From contig NC_043017.1 of NCBI RefSeq assembly GCF_006345805.1, positions 28,706,001 through 28,770,000 of the forward strand: 64,000 nucleotides of DNA, read 5' to 3'. The notes beneath the pieces were generated by a model. That model was not told the DNA's origin. It was given only the letters and a program-made list of their open reading frames with translations, and did not search any database. The first letter of the stretch is position 1; the number at the start of each line of letters is the position of its first letter. Both the position numbers and the translations under genes were made by a program. This stretch comes from Octopus sinensis. Taxonomy: Eukaryota. Positions 13,801 through 27,019 of the stretch are shown here, piece after piece.

Positions 13801-14139
13801 TCAATAATACGATAAAAAGTGACCAATCCCCTCCAAAAATTCAAATCAGAAGAATCTACTAGAGTAGATGCTAGCGCTTTATATTATATTTATGATTTAT
13901 AAAAAACATGTAACATATTAATAAATAACTGTAAATATAAAACCATCCAGATTTCTGAGTACCTTATTTCTTCTAATATATATATATACATATATATATA
14001 TATGATGTAAAAAGAGACTCTTTTTTCTTCCATGGACTCTTCGATCGTCTCATGAAATCTCTTTTATTTGGGCCATTTCAGCCGGCATTCAATCACAATG
14101 ATTTTTATCACTTTTACTCCTTGAAATTTCCTCCCACTG

Positions 14140-14172
14140 CACTTCCTCATCATCGTCATCATCATCATTATT

Positions 14173-14225
<53 letters not shown>

Positions 14226-14330
14226 TATCATCATCATCGTTGTCGTCGCGATCATCATCATCATCATTACCATCATTATTATTATTAGCAGTAGTAGTTA
14301 TAGTAGCAGTAGTAGTAGTATTAGTTGTAC

Positions 14331-14365
<35 letters not shown>

Positions 14366-14480
14366 CAGCAGCAGTAGTAGTAGTAGTAGTGCAGCAGCAG
14401 CAGTAGTAGTAGTAATAGTAGTATTAATAGTAGTAGTAGTAGTAGTTGTTGTTGTTGTAGTAGTTGTAGTAGTAGTAGTG

Positions 14481-14516
<36 letters not shown>

Positions 14517-14562
14517 TAGTGTTAGTAGTAGTAGTAGTAGTAGTAGTAGTAGCAGCAGCAGC
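14140..14562. repeat. Compound trinucleotide microsatellite (CAT)n then (TAG/CAG/TTG)n
   Basis: Direct reading. Confidence 0.95.
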
Positions 14563-15368
14563 AGAAAATATAGCCACCGCACGTTGAGATTAACCCTGAC
14601 ATCAATCGATAGTAAGATATCTAAAAACGTTTGTATTTTATTTACAATCAATCATATTGCTCCCCCCCTCTTCTATAATTCACTCATTTATTCCACCGTA
14701 ATTTCGCTTAATAATTATCAATCATCTTATGTCATGTATCATTAATCATTCGCTTTCATCCTCGTTGTCATTATCGACATCATTTTCATCATAATGAACA
14801 TCATTATCAACATCGCCAACAAAAAAGCTTCTAGGTTGTGTGATGATTCACTGATTACGACGCTGTCTTTCACGTTAATCCAGTCTAATTAGAAGGGAAT
14901 ATGTACCAGCTGCATCCGAAGGTAACATGCAATGCATTGTCCTTATTTTTGAAGGAAATCCTTTTAGTTACTACATAAATTTCTGCCCAAAATTCTGGGT
15001 CGGTAGGCTCGGATTTACTTTGAAAATCATAATCCTTAAATAATTTTTTTTCTCGCTCACGGTCATGTATATGCTGCAACTCTTACGAGGGTGAGAATTA
15101 TTTCGTCACAAAATAGAACGGGTTCACAAATTTCAGACTTAAACTAAAGTATTACAACGAAAATAAAGCATGGCTTCCATATTAAATTTTGTTTTTTACT
15201 AATAAGAATTTCGCAAAATATCACGAATTTGATAGTCATGAATAGCATTATGTCTTTGGTTTTAGAAATCGTTAGAATGCCATAATCTACTTATTTATTA
15301 AACATTCTATGAAGAGAGACAAGACGGAATAATTTTCAGTTGGGAGATAATTTATGCACTGTATCATT

Positions 15369-15691
15369 CTGTTGTGTCTGGAGAGAGTCATTTTCTTGTT
15401 GTGCCTTATAATTTAATACACTCACCGGTAAAATTTCCACTTATTTTTATTCACCTAAAAGTTTCGTTGCGTCTTATTTTCATTTTTCTAAGGTTTTCGT
15501 TGAGTCAAAGGTTGGAAGACGCAAGGAATATTTTAGGAATATAAAAATAAGAAATAAGTGGAAACTTTACCGGTGTGTATGTTAAATTATAAGGCACAAA
15601 AAGAAAATTACTCTTCCCAGACACAACAAAAAATGCTTCAACACACGAACTCACATAAATAATCTTGCAAACCAAATCCAAAAACGAAATA
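15369..15691. mobile_element. Fold-back insertion with 17-bp TSD; single-orientation homologue at 29815-29985
   Basis: ~110-bp imperfect inverted arms; flanks TTATGCACTGTATCATT (15352-15368) and TTATACACTGTATCATT (15692-15708). Confidence 0.65.
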
Positions 15692-16639
15692 TTATACACT
15701 GTATCATTGTTATCTTAATAAAATATAAATGGCCGTCGAAAAATGGAACGTTCTTAGTGTTTACATAGAGAATAATAACTTTGTATGTGTTATAGCGTAG
15801 AACAAGAAGGGGAACATTCATAGTTATTTTGAGGGCTCCTATAGACATAAAGTAAAAGGAGTAAGATATGTTCTCATATCAGGATACGTATGCGTATGTG
15901 TACAGGAATATAGACACCACTAAAGTCAAACGTGCGCCATGTTGTATTCCTAAACTTTTCGAGCAGCGAAACTACTGTGTCATTTCGTAGATCTCACTCC
16001 ACTTGGCTACAAAGATTATCGACGTTAACAATTTGGCTTTACAGTGTAAGACATATTGAACTTACAGCATATTGCATGCTTATGTTTGGACTAATCTTGC
16101 ACAGGTCGATCTGTAAATGTGTATTTACCTTCGTCTGAACTCTCTGGAGACACACGAAATGCATATGGGTAAATCTGGGTGTCATAAATGTTTGCCAATG
16201 CTAACAGGTAATGAATGCCGCATTTCGTGCGGATTTTCAAGACATCTAGTCGGAAATAACAGGAAAGTTAGTTGAATGAGTTTTTAGTATGTACAAGCTT
16301 CAACTCCCTAGGGCCACTGCTACTCATTGTCAGGTGAATGTATTGGATCATGGTAATACGAACACTCCGCTCGGCAGTTTTTTACTACCGCAACACTGAT
16401 AATAACTTCCATGATAATGACAATAGTAAAAATATTTAGTGGCGACAGCACGGTGGAATGTATTTACTTTCGTTTACGATGGATACGTATTTGATCAATT
16501 TCGGAGGTAGGCAATACAAATTAATACTAACGTTGCTTTATGTTTAATAACTGTAACGCATCTATCAATATCTCGTAAAACATCAAACGTAATCTAACTC
16601 CCAAGAAAAGCAACAGAAATCAAAACAAGCAGCTCATAG

Positions 16640-16711
16640 ATCTATCCATCGATCCATCTATCCATCCATCCATCTATCTATCTATCTACCTACCTACCTA
16701 CCTATCTATCT

Positions 16712-16797
<86 letters not shown>

Positions 16798-16902
16798 CCT
16801 CCATCTATCTACTTACCTACATGTCTATCTATCCATCTGTCTATCTACCTATCTGTCTATCTATCTATCCATATATCCATCTATCTAACTATCTATCTAT
16901 CC

Positions 16903-16955
<53 letters not shown>

Positions 16956-16959
16956 CCTG

Positions 16960-17033
<74 letters not shown>

Positions 17034-17095
17034 CATCTATCTACCTATCTACCTGTCTATCTATCTATCTAACATTTTTGCCTATTTATCTATCT
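16640..17095. repeat. (TCTA)n tetranucleotide microsatellite
   Basis: Direct reading. Confidence 0.95.
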
Positions 17096-17904
17096 ATCTG
17101 TCTGTCTTCCTCTCTCTCAATTTCTTATATCTCTCTCTCTTGTTGTATATACATATATAGTGTGCGTGTGTGTATGTGCGTGCGTACGCGCTGTGTGTGT
17201 AGGTTGTATGTGCATCAATAAAATCACGTATATGTATGCATAATGGAAACTAAATACTATAAAACCAATGTATATAATACAAGCCAGTAATCACAATGAT
17301 ATTTCATCAGAATTGAATATAAAGACAGAGTCTATAAACTCAGCATGAGGGAATAAAGTAAATATATAGGAAATTATATTCTATTCTGTTTAAAACACTG
17401 TCCGTTTTTTTTCTTCTTCAACTCTAATTTTATATGTTTGTACGTGTTGCCATGGAATCGAATTTTCTCTATCTGAAAATATGGTTGTTATCTTGAAATT
17501 TACTTTGGAGAAAATACCAATCAAATAATGGGTTTGTTAATGCATCTAAATAATAATTCAGTCCATGATTATGAATTTCTGTTACTACGCATGTAGGAAA
17601 AACATGCATATATTTAAATGAAAGTATATGCATTTGTAGATGCGACTCTATATATTTAATTATGTATTTATTCTGCTATGGCTTTTCTTCCATTACTCTA
17701 CTTTACTTATCTTAATAACTAACCGTATTCCTCCTTTTTCGTTCTCCACTCCCTCACTTTTCCAGTACATCTCTACTCGTATATAAAGTCTTCATCATAT
17801 TTGTCCTATTTTGTCTCTCTGTCTTTGGGTATATGTATATATGGTATTTTTTTGTGAGAGAGTGTGCTTCTGTATGTGTAGGAAGCTTTAATCGCTATGT
17901 GTAC

Positions 17905-17952
<48 letters not shown>

Positions 17953-18169
17953 TCATATGTGTCACCGCCCTTTCTTTCCTTTCCTGAGAGCGTCTTATTA
18001 ATATTATGCACTTTGAATGGAGGTGCCCCAGCATGGCCACAGCTCGTGAGCTGAAACTAATAAAAAAAGGCCTCAAGTGTTGTTTTTTTCTTGTCTTTTT
18101 CTCCGTTTTGTTGATTATATATATATATATATATAATATATATATATATATAATATATATATATATATA

Positions 18170-18382
18170 GTTAATCCAAACATGAGCAAAGAGAAAACAC
18201 AACAACGCGAGGAGGTAGAACAAGTATAGTGTAATTGGACGGTCAAGAATGGAAAGAAAAAGGAGGATTTAATGTTTCGAGCTGAGCTCTTCGTCAGAGA
18301 CATAGAAAAAGCAATGGTCCAAGGAATGGAAGACGGAGAAAGAAAATCGCCAACTATATACATGTTGTCACAAATTGAAATG
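18170..18382 (-). mobile_element. Copy of the 1668-1875 element with CTGACGA hammerhead-like core (18267-18301)
   Basis: Minus strand GTCT-CTGACGA-A-GAGC-tca-GCTC-GAAAC-AT-T-AAAT; beside (TA)n. Confidence 0.55.
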
Positions 18383-19184
18383 TATATATATATATATATG
18401 TACATGCATAACGATACTGGGAAAGAATCCACCAAATTTCCTTTTTTAACCCGTGTGGTACAAGCCCTAACCCTAAAACTGGACCTGGTCCTGTGGTGCA
18501 AATTCCTGCTTTGAATTTATCTAAATAACAATCTCCCTTTAAAATTTGATATTAATTTATGTTCCAAACTCTGGCTTAACAATGATAAAGTCCCTTTAAT
18601 AAATTCTTCATCATTTTCAAATTTTAATTGAAATAAAGGTTGTCCATTTCCACAGGATTATAGTACCAAAAGTATTAAGGTGATGTCACTTAAAAACTTT
18701 CTTCAAACTTTCATGCTACTCTGTATTCCAAACACCAGGTTAATAACGACAAAGTTATTTTACTAATTTACTACATTTTACGTCCTCGAGATGCATGAGG
18801 ATAAATGTGGTAGTGTGTTGTTAACATCATACTCTGAAGAAATGAATTTTATGAAAGGGTGATCTCATCATATTTACACCAAATAATTTGTCCAAATATC
18901 CTGTTCCTTTTTTCTTTTTTTTTTGCTTTTTTCTCATCCCTTTTTAGCTAGTTGTAAAATTGGTAATTAAAGAATGTTAATGCCATTCTGTCAATGTGAG
19001 AATGCAGAAATATTTGCGTTCATAAGAATTTTTTATTTCTGTGTATCACTTTTCATTTTGAACTCGCCAAAGACAGGCAAGCTGCCGGAATTTCGCTCAA
19101 ACCGATAAAATATTTATTGCAATGGCACCGCACTCTTCGTGTTGTCTATTTACCTTCATGAAGAGTTATGTCAATCCATTTGCT

Positions 19185-19344
19185 TCTCTTCTGCTTCTTC
19201 TTCTTCTTCTTTTCTTCTTCTTCATTCTTCTTGTCTTATTTCTTCTTCTTCTTCTTCTTCTTCTTTTTATTCTTGACTGCTTCTTCTTCTTCGTCTTCTT
19301 TCTTGCTTTTCTTCTTCTTCTTCTTCTTCTTCTCTTCTTCTTTT

Positions 19345-19375
<31 letters not shown>

Positions 19376-19442
19376 TTCTTCTTCTTCTTCTTATTATTAT
19401 TATTATTATTATTAGTTTATATTATTATTATTATTATTATTT
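19185..19442. repeat. (CTT)n then (ATT)n microsatellite
   Basis: Direct reading. Confidence 0.95.
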
Positions 19443-19448
19443 TACGAT

Positions 19449-19884
19449 TGAAAGAGCAGTGCATGCCATCAAAGTAACACTGGGATAAAATATACAAAGC
19501 CCGGTATACACATCATGACTACCCGTCTGATAAGTGTACACCAGGCACATGCATCACAACCATATATGCGCGACATGGTAATCTCATATAAATATAACCA
19601 GCGTATGACGTTGCAAGTGGGGCCCAGTTAGAATTTTCGTTACATCGAGTAGACCATCCCGTACAAAAGTTCCCTGAATAAGAGTTTTTTTTTTAAAGGA
19701 TGATGAAAAAAACACCAATACTTCCAAAGGAGAATTATTCAAACCCCAAAGAATTCCTCTCAACACATGGCTATCATGCTCCCCTGCGCCTTCCGCACAT
19801 AACGTCAGCCACTAAGGCACATGCTCAACTGGTTACGGTCAAGCAATTGACAAACAAATCTGTGGTATTGAGCAGAATATTTAC
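19449..19884 (-). mobile_element. Repeat family E, probable LINE 3' region ending in (TAA)n
   Basis: Homologous to 29985-30432, 30578-30870 and 48781-48850; the terminus abuts an (ATT)n tract here and at 30578. Confidence 0.5.
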
Positions 19885-19896
19885 ATTAACCCTTTA

Positions 19897-19938
<42 letters not shown>

Positions 19939-19947
19939 TATTATTAC

Positions 19948-20040
<93 letters not shown>

Positions 20041-20044
20041 GCGT

Positions 20045-20315
20045 TAAGATAGCAGAATCGCTAACACGCCGGGCAAAATGCCTAGCGGTATTTTATCCTT
20101 CTTTAAGGCGACGAGCTGGCAAAAACGTTAGCAAGCCGGGCGAAATGCGTAGCAAAATTTCGTCTGCCATTACGTTCTGAGTTCAAATTCGGGGTCTATA
20201 AATTAAATACCAGTTACGCACTGCGGTCAATATAATCGACTTAATCGTTTGTCTGTCCTTGTTTGTCTCCTCTGTATTTAGCCCCTTGTGGGTAGTAAAA
20301 AAACAAGTATTTTAT
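20045..20315 (+). mobile_element. SINE family B, partial/duplicated head
   Basis: AAGGCGACGAGCTGGCAAAAACGTTAGC head and TTTAGCCCCTTGTGGGTAGTAAA tail. Confidence 0.75.
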
Positions 20316-20989
20316 CCTTCTTTTCATTCTGAGATCATATTCCACCGAGATCGACATCGCTTTGCGAGTGATCACCACGAATTCTAGACGGGTTTTCTAA
20401 ATTAAATCAAACCAAGATTTTACTAATACATCTATTATTCACGCCGTAGTCATTAATGAACGATATTATCTTTGGTCGGATTGGAAAACAGAAATTATAG
20501 GTCGGTTATATATCGCACATAATTTTTTCCCGATGCTCTAACCTGTGAGCAATTTATCATTTTGTTATTTAAATGTATCTCGCTGTAACAATAATCTCTT
20601 TATTGTCTCCTGAGGACAAGTCGATAACATCAGTCATTCGTACGTATAAACAAAACATAAAACCTGCAGAGAAGACCATAAAGATATTTGGGCGTTGGAT
20701 AAATAGTTTTTATACAGACGAAATAAATAACAGACGGGGGATTTAACAATTAATGAAAAACGTACGAGTACTCAAGCGTTACAAATAAAAGAATATCATA
20801 GAAAAACATTCATGAAACTCGGTTTAATATAGTGCTCTAGGATGACCGCATCCGCACGGTAAAAGCAAATATCTGATGTAGATCCAATGACAATTATATT
20901 GAAACTGGGGGTAACATCAGTTAGCCTAAACGGCATACTACTAGACACATACCCAAGGATCCAAATAATTATTTTATATATGTGTGTGT

Positions 20990-21321
<332 letters not shown>

Positions 21322-21347
21322 CTATATATATATATATATATATATAT

Positions 21348-21397
<50 letters not shown>

Positions 21398-21502
21398 CAT
21401 ACATATATATATATCTTCTCTAGTTCAGCTCAGGGCTGCGGCCATGCTGATGCACCGCCGTAATATATATTACATATATACATACATATATTTATACATG
21501 TG

Positions 21503-21534
<32 letters not shown>

Positions 21535-22247
21535 AATGTATACGTGTGTGTGCGCGTGTGTGAATATATGTTTGTGTCCACTTGTACGTATATGAACGTA
21601 TTACGCCTCACTAACCTGCTCGTCTACCGAATTCTACAAAGATGTGGGACCTCAATCCGATCCGTTGCTAAAAATCATCCTGTAATTTGAAATCCTGAAA
21701 TACGTGAGTGCGAATTGAACCTCTTAAAATAATGTCTAAACTTGCACCTCAAAACGTCTCAACCTATGCCATATTGCTATTTCAGTTCTTTTCATTTCTA
21801 ATCAGTACATTTCGAAGTTACACATTCTAAACCAAGGAATATATTATTATGAATAGAATAAACAAACTTCTTGCAGCAATTAGCGTTATATACGTATGGT
21901 AACTGTTTGTATTCTTAACTTCTGAATCAGCGAAGTTGGTTGCATCAGCTGGTTTGATACGAATCAGCAGCCTATAAGCCAATTATACGATCGCTCAGTT
22001 GCTGCAAAGCTACAGAAAATATTATTGTGAAATTAGACGAAAGAAGTAGCACCTTTTTTTTGCGTAAATTTCTTTTTCATTAATAAATAAAAGATAAGGA
22101 AAAAGTTAGTATAATTTCCTTTCCGCAACGAAAATTCTTGTTCCCGGAAATATTGCTACGAAACAAAAAGTGAATTCCGAAAACAAGGTATGCGAGCACA
22201 TGTGAATATACTTACATACATACATTCGTAATTACATACATATATGG

Positions 22248-22278
<31 letters not shown>

Positions 22279-22369
22279 TGTATGTATGTATGTATGTATG
22301 TATGTATGCATGTATGTATAATGTATATATATATATATATATATACATATATATGTAATAGTGTATATA

Positions 22370-22400
<31 letters not shown>

Positions 22401-22427
22401 GTAATATAATACATATAATATATAATA

Positions 22428-22480
<53 letters not shown>

Positions 22481-22633
22481 GTATACATATGTGTGTTAAT
22501 ATATTATATATATACTTATACACAATGTGTACGTACACTCACATATATGTGTATGAATATATATATATATATTATATATATATATATACGCATAGATAGA
22601 TAGATACACAGATATGTATTGCTCTCTCTCTCT

Positions 22634-22733
22634 NNNNNNNNNNNNNNNNNNNNNNNNNNNNNNNNNNNNNNNNNNNNNNNNNNNNNNNNNNNNNNNNNNN
22701 NNNNNNNNNNNNNNNNNNNNNNNNNNNNNNNNN
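22634..22733. other. Assembly gap (100 N)
   Basis: N run. Confidence 1.
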
Positions 22734-23204
22734 GTTTACCACCATTTACCATAAAATATGTATAAATATTCCTGTCTGCTAGATCTAACTTTATTTGCAC
22801 GACCTTACATAGCATAGCTCACAATATAATTAAATCATATAATCTACATCATATTGCTTTAAATATGTGCGCATCAATAGGGGCAAATTCAGCAACCCAT
22901 TATTTGCTTTATATATAAACATATATATACAAATATATAGGTACATATATAAACATATTCCTACGTATTTCCATAAAAAAAACTATCTGCGAAATTCTAA
23001 TTCTCCTCTATGCTCTGCCATTCGGTCTATTATCATACTGTCTATTATATTTTCCCTGAAACCTATTTTTTGTCGCTAGTTTGAATCCATTATAATATAA
23101 ATTGGATGAGTATTCTAAACCCTTCAGAGTGTCGTGCTGTAAAATCGAATCGTGACCCGAACCACGTTAAATAAAGGGGCGAACCTTCGGTATATGTACC
23201 GGTG

Positions 23205-23438
23205 TAAGGCGGCGAGCTGGCAGAAACGTTAGCAGGCCGAGCGAAATGTTTAGTGGTATTTCGTCTGCCGTTACGTTGTGAGTTCAAATTCCGCCGAGGT
23301 CGACTTTACCTTTCATTCTTTCGGGGTCGATAAATTAAGTACCAGTTACGCACTGGGGTCGATATAATCGACTTAATACCTATGTCTGTCCTTGTTTGTC
23401 CCCGCTATGTTTAGCCCCTTGTGGGTAGTAAATAAATT
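23205..23438 (+). mobile_element. SINE B, full length, 16-bp TSD
   Basis: TSD GGTATATGTACCGGTG at 23189-23204 and 23439-23454. Confidence 0.9.
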
Positions 23439-23502
23439 GGTATATGTACCGGTGAAAGCACCGGATACATTTCAAAAAAGTGTTTTTTCTATATATGGGG
23501 TG

Positions 23503-23568
23503 TTAGCTTTAGGGTTAGGGTTAGGGTTTGTGTTAGGGTTGGGGTTAGGATTAGGGTTAGGTTTAGGA
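23503..23568 (+). repeat. Degenerate interstitial (TTAGGG)n array
   Basis: TTTAGGGTTAGGGTTAGGG..TTAGGG..TTAGGATTAGGGTTAGG. Confidence 0.85.
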
Positions 23569-23914
23569 GTGGGAGAAAAGAGTTTCTGTTATTTTCAGAA
23601 ATGTAAACAAAGTCACGTGTGTACATATACCGAAGCAAGCCAATGAAGGAAATCTGTTATTTGGAACCTAAAATCAGTTCCGAGTATAATGGATCATAAA
23701 TGCCAGATCTCTATAAAGTTTGCGCTATAAACGAGTCACAGTTTCCCAAAGCGAACATCTTATAAAGGGAACGATGCTTGGATTCTGTATTTTATATCTC
23801 GTAAAATTTTTCATTTTCATTATCAATAAATAATGAATATCTCGTAAGTATCATATCTCAAGAAATATAATAGTTTACCATATCTCAAGAAATATAGTAG
23901 TGTATTCAATCATT

Positions 23915-24312
23915 GATTATTTTACTTGTTTCCGTCATTTGGTTGCAGCCATGCTGGAGCACCGCCTTTAGTCGAGCAAATCGACTCCGGGACTTATTCT
24001 TTGTAAGCCTAGTACTTATTCTATCGGTCTCTTTTGCCGAACCGCTACATTACAGGGACGTAAACACACCAGAATCGGTTGTGAAGCGATGTTGGGGGCA
24101 AGCACAGACACACAAACACACACACATATATATATATACATACATATTTACGACGAGCTTCTTTCAGTTTCCGTCTACGAAATCCAATCACAAGGCTTTG
24201 GTCGGCCCGAGGCTATAGTAGAAGACACTTGCCCAAGGTGCCACGTAGTAGGACTGAACCCAGAACCAAGTGATTGGTAAGCAAGCTACTTACCACACAG
24301 CCACTCCTGCGC
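23915..24312 (-). mobile_element. SINE A, full length
   Basis: Homology to 1230-1641. Confidence 0.85.
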
Positions 24313-24783
24313 GTAAATTGTCCAATATTTTTATCAATCATATCGAGAAGGGCATCCATTTAATTCTGAGTAATTTTCTCAGCGATATGTATCGAAAATC
24401 TCATTGTTAACATATTGCTATAACGTACTTGACGATTCAATGGATGCAGTTTAATACAAACGCGTAAACAGAGGTTCATACGCACACAGATAGAATGCAC
24501 GTAACCTGAAGGTTTGCATGATTAATAGACAGAGTATTAGGCACTTGAATCAAGCTCTTTACTATATAAAGTTCGACTCCAAACACTTGAAAGGAATTCA
24601 AGCCACTTACGTTGGAAACTACTTACTTTAATTCCAGCTTTCAAATCCTACTTGTTCTAGAGGACCAGTGGTACGGTACCTAGTGTGTTTCCTTGTCCAA
24701 TCACAAATACACAATTAACGAAAAACGCATGGTTAGCGAATGTTTGAGGCAAGCACAATGTCACCTTCGATGATGTGTGATGT

Positions 24784-24823
<40 letters not shown>

Positions 24824-25278
24824 TATATATATATAATATATATATATATAATATTTATATAAGGATAATATCGATATTGTGCCAATGTGGAATATTCAAC
24901 TGACGAAAGCTGAGCTTATTTGAAGCCAAGCTAGAAATCCAGGATCTTGGATTATCCAGTAAAACTTTTTTTGCTAGTTTATTTTGTCTTATCTCATGGT
25001 GCGATATGTGGTTTTTAGAGTCAGGGTTTGACTGCTATTTCGGCATGGTGGTGTCTCTCAGATAGCCTTATATATATATATATAAAGAAAAATGAGGCAT
25101 TTAGAAATATGGGTAATTCTTTGTTAGCGCTTTTGTACGTTTAACCGAATTCTTCAAGATAAAAGCAAGATGGTTAAACGAACGAAAGCATTAATAAAGA
25201 GTTATTCAAAATTCTGCACCTCATTGAAGTTTTGGCCAAATTAATCGATCTTTGTACTGATTTTTTTTCTAAGTCTCG

Positions 25279-25530
25279 TACTTATTTTATCGGATCTATA
25301 CTGACGAACTGCAATGTTATGGGGACGCAACGAAACCAACATTGGTTGTCAAGGGGTAGATGAGTAACAGACACAAACAAAAGGACACAGACACGCAGAT
25401 ATATACATATACATATATATATATACATATATACGACGGGCTTCTTTAAATGTCCGTCTACCAAGTCCACTCACAAAGCTTTGGCCGCCCTGAGGCCACA
25501 GTAGAATACACTTGCCCAAGTTGCCACACT
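25279..25530 (-). mobile_element. SINE A, diverged internal fragment
   Basis: Homology to SINE A body. Confidence 0.65.
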
Positions 25531-25657
25531 TTAGGGAAAAAAAGATGAAGACAGATGTATGAACAATAAGCAGGTGTAATAGTTTGACGCTTAGAAAAGT
25601 GAGAAAGTCTTTTGTATGTATGTATATATGCATGCATGTATATATATATAAATATAC

Positions 25658-25706
<49 letters not shown>

Positions 25707-25709
<3 letters not shown>

Positions 25710-25957
25710 TAAGCAATTGAGATTCAAGTGAGTTCTAATGAATTCACGTGAATATGGTACTTAACTTGGATGCACCGGAAATCTATACGGTGTTAACCAT
25801 ACGACAAAGTGGGGTGATTACAAATAGGAAAAAAGAAACAAGAATGGTTCAATATATCGGTACAATTGTTTCGTACGAGGACATCTTGTAGCTTTATTAA
25901 AGATGTCCTCGTACGAAACAATTGTACCGATATATGATCCATTCTGTTGCTCTTTTC
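25707..25957. mobile_element. TA-flanked fold-back element, related to 42077-42807, with hammerhead 3' half
   Basis: Left ~140 bp homologous to 42077-42250; perfect 36-bp hairpin 25852-25887/25900-25935 containing GTCCTCGTAC-GAAAC-AATT-GT-A-CCGATATAT. Confidence 0.7.
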
Positions 25958-25959
25958 AT

Positions 25960-26004
<45 letters not shown>

Positions 26005-26400
26005 TTATATATATATATAATAAGTATTTTCGGTATATTTTTGAGATATCTTTTTTTTTGTTATTAAGTAACAATCATTTTTATACTTTCCCTGATCCCT
26101 TATCTGGTATATAATGGCTGCTTTCGCATAGTTTCTATCTCTGAAGTCATTGGTCAACTACAAAAAAAAAACACATTACAACACACTCGAGCAAGAAGTG
26201 AGCAGTGCGATCACATACGACTTGTAACAATGCAAGTCCTTTCTCTATTCTTCGTCCGTCATTCAATATTGAATTTCTTTTCGTTGACAGTTTGCAGGTG
26301 AAAAGTTTACAAGTTGACTCTTGCAGGCAAAAGAAGGACAAGAAAACAATTCCAGGAGATGGCTGATCGAACGATGAAGTGCTTTATAAAGTAGCTGGAA

Positions 26401-26810
26401 TAGGCGCAGGAGTGGCTGTGTGGTAAGTAGCTTGCTAACCAACCACATGGTTCCGGGTTCAGTCCCACTGCGTGGCATCTTGGGCAAGTGTCTTCTGCTA
26501 TAGCCCCGGGCCGACCAATGACTTGTGAGTGGATTTGGTAGACGGAAACTGAAAGAAGCCTGTCGTATATATGTATATATATATATATGTATATGTATGT
26601 GTATGTGTTTGTGTGTCTGTGTTTGTCCCCCTAGCATTGCTTGACAACCGATGCTGGTGTGTTTACGTCCCCGTCACTTAGCGGTTCGGCAAAAAGAGAC
26701 CGATAGAATAAGTACTGGGCTTACAAAAGAATAAGTCCCGGAGTCAATTTGCTTGACTAAAAGCAGTGCTCCATCATGGCCATAGTCAAATGACTGAAAC
26801 ATGTAAAAGA
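26401..26810 (+). mobile_element. SINE A, full length
   Basis: Homology to 1230-1641. Confidence 0.9.
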
Positions 26811-27019
26811 GAGATCCACGACGTGGCATGTATGTTTTTGGCCATAATATCACTGTGGATAGAAATAGGTGAATGACTCCAGAATGTAAGAATGAACGCG
26901 ACACTTAGTTCTGCGCTACTTCTTATGAGGCAACCAATCTTGACGCTGTAGAAACGGCATTAAACGATTCTTGATAAAGGTACGCAAAAAAAAATGGAGA
27001 ACCAGGGAAGAACACAGTA

